Below are positions 33,951-41,243 of a DNA stretch of 41,243 nucleotides, in pieces. The first letter of the stretch is position 1. Every line of letters begins with the position of its first letter. Position numbers and translations under genes: made by a program. The DNA lies in NCBI GenBank assembly GCA_051453625.1, contig JBOZIK010000001.1, forward strand, positions 43,590,126 through 43,631,368, written 5' to 3'. Source of the stretch: Welwitschia mirabilis (taxonomy: Eukaryota). Under the pieces are notes generated by a model, which had not been told where the DNA came from, did no database searches, and saw nothing but the letters and a program-made list of their open reading frames with translations.

Positions 33951-36900
33951 ATGAGTAATCCCTTTATTGATTTTTTTAATTGTGCCTTTTTTAAACACCT
34001 ATACTTTCATTAGTATATTTTGGATAGTATGTGGATATATTTTCAAGTAGATTGTAAACTATGGATATGCATAGGAGTCTTGTAAATGTGACAATAGATC
34101 AAGTCAAAAATCTGATAAATACAAAAGACTATCCTTTATAACAATTGTGCCTTCTCTACAAAACTTTCCTAGCACATCAAAGCTTGAGATTTAAATGTGA
34201 TTAATGAAGAACAAGATGAGCTAAAATATACCTATCAAGAATTATACTTGAAATGTGAAAAGTTGACTAAAACGATAAATGATCTAAATAAGATTGTAAG
34301 GTATCTTACCAAAGGAAATAAGGAAATAGAATAGGAATACAAAAAGATCAAATATAAAAACTCCAATCTCTTTTTATAGGTAAAAGATTTATCTCATTTG
34401 TTAATAAATTTTTTTGTAATTATTCCAAATTAAAATATTATTTGAAGTTCAAAAACCTACTGATGATAAGTCAAGTATTGATTTTACCTTCCATAAACTA
34501 TAAGGAAATAAAATTAGGTAACATGGTAAAGTAAGTTTATCTCAAAAGTTACTTGTCATTTTTGTGAAAAGACATGACATTTATAACTTTTTTACAATGC
34601 TAGAAAGTTAATGTTATTTTAAAATTTAGTCAGTTCTTTTTCTTTTAAATTTATTCTAAAATTAGATATACCACATAAGTCAAAAGTGACTAAGTAGATA
34701 AAATATCATGATCTTAAAAGTATTTTAATTCAAATAGCTTTGAAGCTCTTAAATAGCAGTAGATAGTATTTGGACAATGGATGTTCAAAACATATATGGG
34801 AGATAAATCTAGATTCAATTAATTAAGTAACTTTAATAGAGGAGAAGTGACTTTTGATGATAACAAAAGAGAAAAAAAAGAAGGTATCGAAATCATTGAT
34901 GGAAGTAACCTTTCCATAATTAATAAAGTTTTGTATGTGAATGTTTTAAATCATAATTTATTAAGTATTAGCCAAATATGTGACAAAGGTTACAAGGTAG
35001 TTTTTAATAAGTCAAAATGTAAAATTTTGCATGGAAAATCAAATAATGTTATCCTTAGAGCAAATGGAATAGACAATATTTATGGCATAGATTAATCATT
35101 TTCTCCATGTTACTTTTTTGATATTTCTCAAGAAGATAAGTGATTAGGTCATGTTAATTATAATTAATTAAAATGATTATTCATAAAAACATTATGAAAG
35201 ATATCCCTAAGATAATTGTAGAAAAATAAGTTTTATGTTATACATGTCAAAAGGGTAAACAAATAAGAACTTCATATAAAAGTAAAANNNNNNNNNNNNN
35301 NNNNNNNNNNNNNNNNNNNNNNNNNNNNNNNNNNNNNNNNNNNNNNNNNNNNNNNNNNNNNNNNNNNNNNNNNNNNNNNNNNNNNNNGATATCCCTAAGA
35401 TAATTGTAGAAAAATAAGTTTTAAGTTATACATTTCAAAATGGTAAACAAATAAGAACTTCATATAAAAGTAAAAAACAGGCTTCCATAACTATGCTATT
35501 AGAGCTTATTCATATAGACTTAGTAGGCTCCACTCAAACTTAAAGTTTAGTTGGTAAATGTTATTTTATTACTTTGGTTAATAACTTCTCTAGATATACT
35601 TAGGTAGCTTTCCTGTTAAACAAATCTAAAGTATACAAATATTGGATTGAGATTTCCAAAAAGATTCAAAATGAAAAAGGGTATACCATAAATAAAATAA
35701 GGAGTGATCATGCTGGTGAATTTAAAAACTATTTCCTTATGAAATATTATATCAATAATAGAATTGATCACCAATTTGAAGCTCTAAAAATACCACAACA
35801 AAATGATATAGCTAAAAGAATGAAGTCCTCTAAGAAATGATACAAACTATGCTAAATGATAAGGAGGTTTTCAAATCATTTTGGGCTGAGGCTATTAGCA
35901 TAGCATGCTATATTCTTAATATAGTTTATCTTAGACTTAGTATGGTTAAAAAATAATATGAGTTATGGAAATAAAGATAACCTAACATTTCATATTTTAA
36001 AGTCTTCAGAATTAAATGTTATGTGCTAAAAGATAGATAATATTTAAGTAAATTTCATTCTAAAATCAATGAAGCTATTTTTTAGGCTACTCAACTAGAA
36101 GTAGAGCATATCAAGTTTTTAACAAGAGAATTTTAATGATAAAATAGNNNNNNNNNNNNNNNNNNNNNNNNNNNNNNNNNNNNNNNNNNNNNNNNNNNNN
36201 NNNNNNNNNNNNNNNNNNNNNNNNNNNNNNNNNNNNNNNNNNNNNNNNNNNNNNNNNNNNNNNNNNNNNNNNNNNNNNNNNNNNNNNNNNNNNNNNNNNN
36301 NNNNNNNNNNNNNNNNNNNNNNNNNNNNNNNNNNNNNNNNNNNNNNNNNNNNNNNNNNNNNNNNNNNNNNNNNNNNNNNNNNNNNNNNNNNNNNNNNNNN
36401 NNNNNNNNNNNNNNNNNNNNNNNNNNNNNNNNNNNNNNNNNNNNNNNNNNNNNNNNNNNNNNNNNNNNNNNNNNNNNNNNNNNNNNNNNNNNNNNNNNNN
36501 NNNNNNNNNNNNNNNNNNNNNNNNNNNNNNNNNNNNNNNNNNNNNNNNNNNNNNNNNNNNNNNNNNNNNNNNNNNNNNNNNNNNNNNNNNNNNNNNNNNN
36601 NNNNNNNNNNNNNNNNNNNNNNNNNNNNNNNNNNNNNNNNNNNNNNNNNNNNNNNNNNNNNNNNNNNNNNNNNNNNNNNNNNNNNAGCTATTTTTTAGGC
36701 TACTCAACTAGAAGTAGAGCATATCAAGTTTTTAACAAGAGAATTTTAATGATAAAATAGTTAATAAATGTGTAAATTAATGAGATTAATATAATCCCAA
36801 ATTTTTTAGATGAAGAGGAAGTAATATCTACAAGTATTATCACAACTAATGAAGTAATTACTAAAAATAATAAAGCTCCTACAAAAGAAGGCACACTGAA

Positions 36901-38545
36901 AAAGATCAAAGAGTTAAAAGATCATCCATTAGAATCTATTATTAAATAAATTGATTTAAAAATAAAGACAATAATTTTTATGAAGAATTTGCATGCTTAC
37001 ATTTATTATGTTTCAAAAATAGAGCTCAAGAAATTTGAAGAAGCTGAAATTCATGAGGAGTGAATGATAGCAATGCAAGATGAACTATACTAATTTAAGA
37101 GAAATGATGTTTAGAGACTTGTAGAAAGTCCAAAATTTAAAAATATCATTTAGACTAAGTGGATTTTTAAAAACAAATGTAATGAATAAAACAATATCAT
37201 TAAAAACAAAGCATGATTAGTATCACAAGGCTACAATTAGATAAAAGGCATTAACATAGATGTTATGTTTGCTCCTATTGCAAGATTAGATAGCATTAAA
37301 ATGTTTTTGTCTTTTACATTTTTAAAAATTTCAAAGTGTATTAAATAAATGTGAAGAATGATTTTTTTAAAAATCATACATTAAATGAAGAAGTTTATGT
37401 AGGGAAATCACAAGGTTTTATTGATCCTCATAAATCTAATCTTGTGTATAGACATAAGAAAGCCTTGTATGAATTAAAAAAAGATCCAAGAGTTGGTATT
37501 AAAGAGTAATCACTTTTTTAAATAATAATAGATATATTCATGGAATAGTAGATAAAAGCTTTATTTGTGAAGAACTTGAGGAAGGATTTTAATATTATTA
37601 TACAAATCTATGTAGATGATATCATATTTGATACCTCAAAATAAAAGGTTGTCAAAAGAATTTGTAACTATTATAACAACTCATTTTGAAATGAGTATGC
37701 TTGATGAAGTGAAAATATTTCTTGAACTATAGATTAAGCAACCAAGAAATGGAATATTTATTTCTTAATACAAATATACAAGAGATTTAATCAAATGTTT
37801 TGGGTTAAAAATTTAAAAATAGCTAACACTCCTATATGAACATCTTATAGAATAAGTTTGGATGAGAAAAGTATATCAATTGATTAAAAAATTTATAGAA
37901 GTATAATTATAATTTTATTCTATTTAATCACAAGTAGATCAAACATTATGTTTAGTATTAGAGTTTGTGGAAGGTATCAATCCAAACTAAAAGAATCACA
38001 TCTATAATTAGTAAAAATAATAATCAGGTATGTAAAGGGTACATGTGATTAGGGTTTATGTTATCCTATAGAGAAATCCTTCAAGCTTACAAGTTTTTAA
38101 TAATGCAGATTGAGGTGGTTATAAGGATGATAGGAAGAGCATAAGTGGAAATTTTTCTATTAGATTTATCTTTACTAGGATGGATAAGTAAGAAAGATAA
38201 TTCAATCTCTCTTTTAACTATAGAAGCAAAATATATTAGAGTAGGTAGTTGTTGTACTCATTTTTTATGGATGAAAGAAATGCTAAAGGATTTTGGTATT
38301 AATTTTGAATAAGTCCCTCTCTTTTGTGATAGCACTAGTGCTATAAATATCTCTAAAAATCCTATCTATCATCAAAAAATTAAACATATTGAGCTAATAC
38401 ATCATTTTTTAATAGATTAAGTAGAAAAAGGACATATTTCTATGAATTTTGTGAGTATAGATCAATAACTAGCAGATATTTTTATCCCATAAAGTTTGAT
38501 AATTTTCTTCATATCAAAAATTAAATGGAGGTTATCTCATTTTCC
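33951..38545 (+). pseudogene. pol: Copia gag-pol pseudogene (short gag, protease, integrase, RT, RNase H)
   Basis: Zn knuckle TCHFCEKT*H ~34551; protease *YLDNGCSKH ~34764; HNLLSISQICDKG; CYTCQKGKQ; LELIHIDLVG; IRSDHAGEF; PQQN; FWAEAI; AMQDEL; TKWIFKNK; FAPIARL; LNEEVYV; QIYVDDIIF ~37600; DRKSISG; FCDSTSAI; KHIE; LADIF. There are many stops and frameshifts. Confidence 0.93.
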
Positions 38546-39304
38546 TCTGCCTGATTACAAGGTAGTCAATTGAATCCATTATTTAGTCAACCAAATGTGG
38601 TTGGTCGATTAGCCTAAAAGCCTAGTTGCTTGAACCCTATCAGTTCTGTAGGACTCTTTAGAGGAAGCAAAAAGCTTAGAGTAGAAAGTAGTTAAAGAAG
38701 AGGAAAATGTAAAATATATTTTGATATTTGCTATATTAGTATGTTTGTTCTATGATTTAATTGTGTATTTTTGTCTTCTTTGTTATTGATGTCAAAAGGG
38801 GGAGAATTACTTGTGTTTCTTATGTGTTTTGTAGATGTAGTTTGCTCTTGATAAGCAATTTTACTTTGTACTATCTATTTTAATAAAATAAAAATACACC
38901 TATTTTCATGCTCTCAAATTTGTGTTTCAAAGTTTTTAGTGCAATATTAATTTCCATATGAGCTTAAATTTTTGATATATTAAACATTCAAAATCAAAAC
39001 GTTGGTTATCCTGTATACTTGTAAGTGCACTTTTAATGATAAATAAATAAAATGTTAAATATTATATGATTAAAATATTGCTTCTTATAAATTTATTTTT
39101 CATAAAAATTTTCACATTTTATTAACTCTTCAAAATTTACATCTCAAATTACCTTAATATTAGCACAAAGTAAATCTTATTAAAATGTCTTTATTTTGTA
39201 TCAAAAGCTTAATATTTTTTCAAAGATTAATAGGAATTTTATTAGGGTAAATTTTTTTTCAAATTTTAATAGTTTACAATTAAAAAATATTTATAATCAA
39301 TTTC

Positions 39305-39316
39305 AAAAGGGGAGAT
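39305..39316 (+). other. Terminal polypurine tract (second copy at 38794-38806)
   Basis: AAAAGGGGAGAT lies directly before the TGTTAG of the 3' LTR, and AAAAGGGGGAGAA lies upstream. Confidence 0.88.
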
Positions 39317-40625
39317 TGTTAGATTATGTATTATTAAATTAATGTTAAACTAATGTTTTTTAAGAAAATGTTGATCACTTATAAGTTAGAATCTAAAGTA
39401 AGAAATGTCATATTTTGATCACTGAAATCTATTAAGTTCAATCCCCTTTTAAGTAGTTGATTGAAATTTCAAGTATTTAATTACACTTAGAGTGAATTCT
39501 CTAAATTATACTGAATTCAGAGGGGTTAACTAGACTTCTAAAAAGTTTACCAGACATGTAAACTTGAGAACCAGTACTCCTGAACAGATTATCAAGGGAT
39601 TGATCAAACCTATGAGTGGTTAACTAGACTAGAGAATTATGCACTTGATATCCCTAAGCTGATTATTAAGGGGTTGACTAGATACTTAAGGAGCTGACCA
39701 GACCTGATGTAAAAAACTAGAATGGATTTTTATCAGAATTAGTGGGTGACTAGATAGATATGTAGGTGACCGGATGAGTAGTTGACTGAACCCTGAGGGT
39801 TCAATCAAACATGAAGCCATAAAAAATTAGGAAGATCAAATTGTTTACCCAGGTGATCTCTTTAAGTCAAAGCACCAGGATGGGTCAACCAAATGCTTAA
39901 GGGTTAACCGACTAAAATGGAAATGAAAATTTTTTATATCCATTGTGTATCTATTATGTGGTTATTTATAGCCATTGGAAATGCATTTTTAAGTGTAATA
40001 AATCCTAAAAATCTTTTAGTATAATAGCCAAGAGAGAAATCACTAAAATAACTTTTTTTATCTTTTACTAAATGATTGAAACTGGTGATTAATCATCGTA
40101 CTAGATTGGCATTGCATTATTGACCATGAATGAGATGATACCTATTATATCTTTGCATATAATGTCAAAAATTATACTTCATTATTATAGTTCATATCAT
40201 TTATAGGAGAAGAGCTCCATTACTATTACTATGTCAAAGAATGAGTGATATTAGTGTACTAGGGCATTTTTCCAATCATTATCACATCTTCTGAAGATTG
40301 AGACTTATCCTACAAACATTCATTTAAAAAGGTTGAGACTTATCCTACAAAATTCTATGTGTAAAGATTATAAGTGAACTTGAAATACCTAAAAAAGTTA
40401 ACAAAGACTAGGATTAGGCTTGGTGATAAGCTGATTGTCGAGAGTGGAGTAGGAGGTTTTCCAAACCACTATAAAACTTACATGCATCTAATTGGTATTT
40501 TTATGTTATCCATTGTTTTCATTTTTTTAGATTACTTTTAGTTCCTAAGCACAATTTTATTATGAGGTTATTTAAATATTACTATAAAATATATTCACCC
40601 TCCTTTAGGGTTCTCGATTCACATA
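39317..40625 (+). repeat. Copia 3' LTR (1309 bp)
   Basis: It has the same start as 32520 and ends TATTCACCCTCCTTTAGGGTTCTCGATTCACATA, followed by AAGTT. Confidence 0.9.
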
Positions 40626-40775
40626 AAGTTATTTACTAGCTACATAGTTAGTATAAATATTCATATGAAATTCTAAAGAATAGTGTCTAAGGATATTAAA
40701 GAGATACATGGTTAGTATTTTTGTAATATCAATATATCATGTTTTAATAGTGTAATTAGTGATTTTTTGTAAGGA
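40626..40775 (-). pseudogene. pol: Gypsy RNase H N-terminal part (- strand host, continues at 32519)
   Basis: The reverse complement reads TNYTI...LRHYSLEFHMNIYTNYVASK*L, compared with NYTTTEKE...FRSYLLG..VIVYTDHAALKYL. Confidence 0.75.
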
Positions 40776-41243
40776 ATAGGAACTCAATTGGTTATGTTCA
40801 GGAATATTATTATTAAGTAATTTAATAACTCAATTATGATCTTAATTACCATATTTTTATTTATAAGGGTAGAAATTAAACCAAGGAAAAAATGGAGTGT
40901 AGATGAGAAGAAAAAGTCAAAGAATTGACTTCCATTCCTCATGTCATCCCTTTGATATAAGGCATGATGATATAAAAGCTAAGGATATGCTAATAATGTG
41001 AAACTGAGCCAAGTATTACATGGTAATCTAATGTAACTATCATGCCCTATGTCATCCACATGGTATAGGGGATGACATAACCATTAAACTTTGAATTCAA
41101 ATACCAATAATCTTCTAACATGATAGTATATGACTAAATAATGAAGGGGTGTCATGTCATATATTATCCCAATGATAATAGTAACATGACAATATCATAA
41201 CTTCTTCCTAACTGAGTTAATTAAGATCTAGTTTATGCCTAAT

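Larger units (their letters stand above)
32520..40625 (+). mobile_element. Two-LTR Ty1/Copia element, Sirevirus (SIRE/Maximus)-like, degenerate; TSD AAGGT/AAGTT
   Basis: LTRs lie at 32520-33884 and 39317-40625. It has a Met-type PBS, PR-INT-RT-RH domain order, QIYVDDIIF, two PPTs and an ATTCACCC-type LTR 3' end. The host RNase H frame IYTNYVASK*L|MIKKD rejoins across it. Confidence 0.92.

Overview
This is an AT-rich, strongly CpG-depleted eukaryotic window, almost certainly plant heterochromatin, made almost entirely of nested, decayed LTR retrotransposons. I found no intact host gene, RNA gene or CRISPR array. Two Ty3/Gypsy (Athila-like) pol pseudogenes form the substrate. The + strand copy is split into 3727-4494, 5699-6271 and 14033-14324; the - strand copy is split into ~29425-29989, 31650-32519 and 40626-~40775. 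Four insertions have boundaries supported by target-site duplications (TSDs) and by rejoining of the interrupted reading frame: a solo LTR (4495-5698, TSD AGCTT); a complete ~7.8 kb non-autonomous Athila-like element (6272-14032, TSD GTATT) carrying a decayed acidic ORF of unknown type instead of gag-pol; an internally deleted element (29990-31649); and a two-LTR Ty1/Copia Sirevirus-like element (32520-40625, TSD AAGGT/AAGTT). Other partial elements, an Athila env-like ORF relic (~25430-26620, -) and younger CpG-rich LTR ends (1-658, 15283-15548) are also present. Several N gaps are flanked by duplicated sequence, probably assembly overlaps. All family assignments come from motif recognition by eye, not from database searches.
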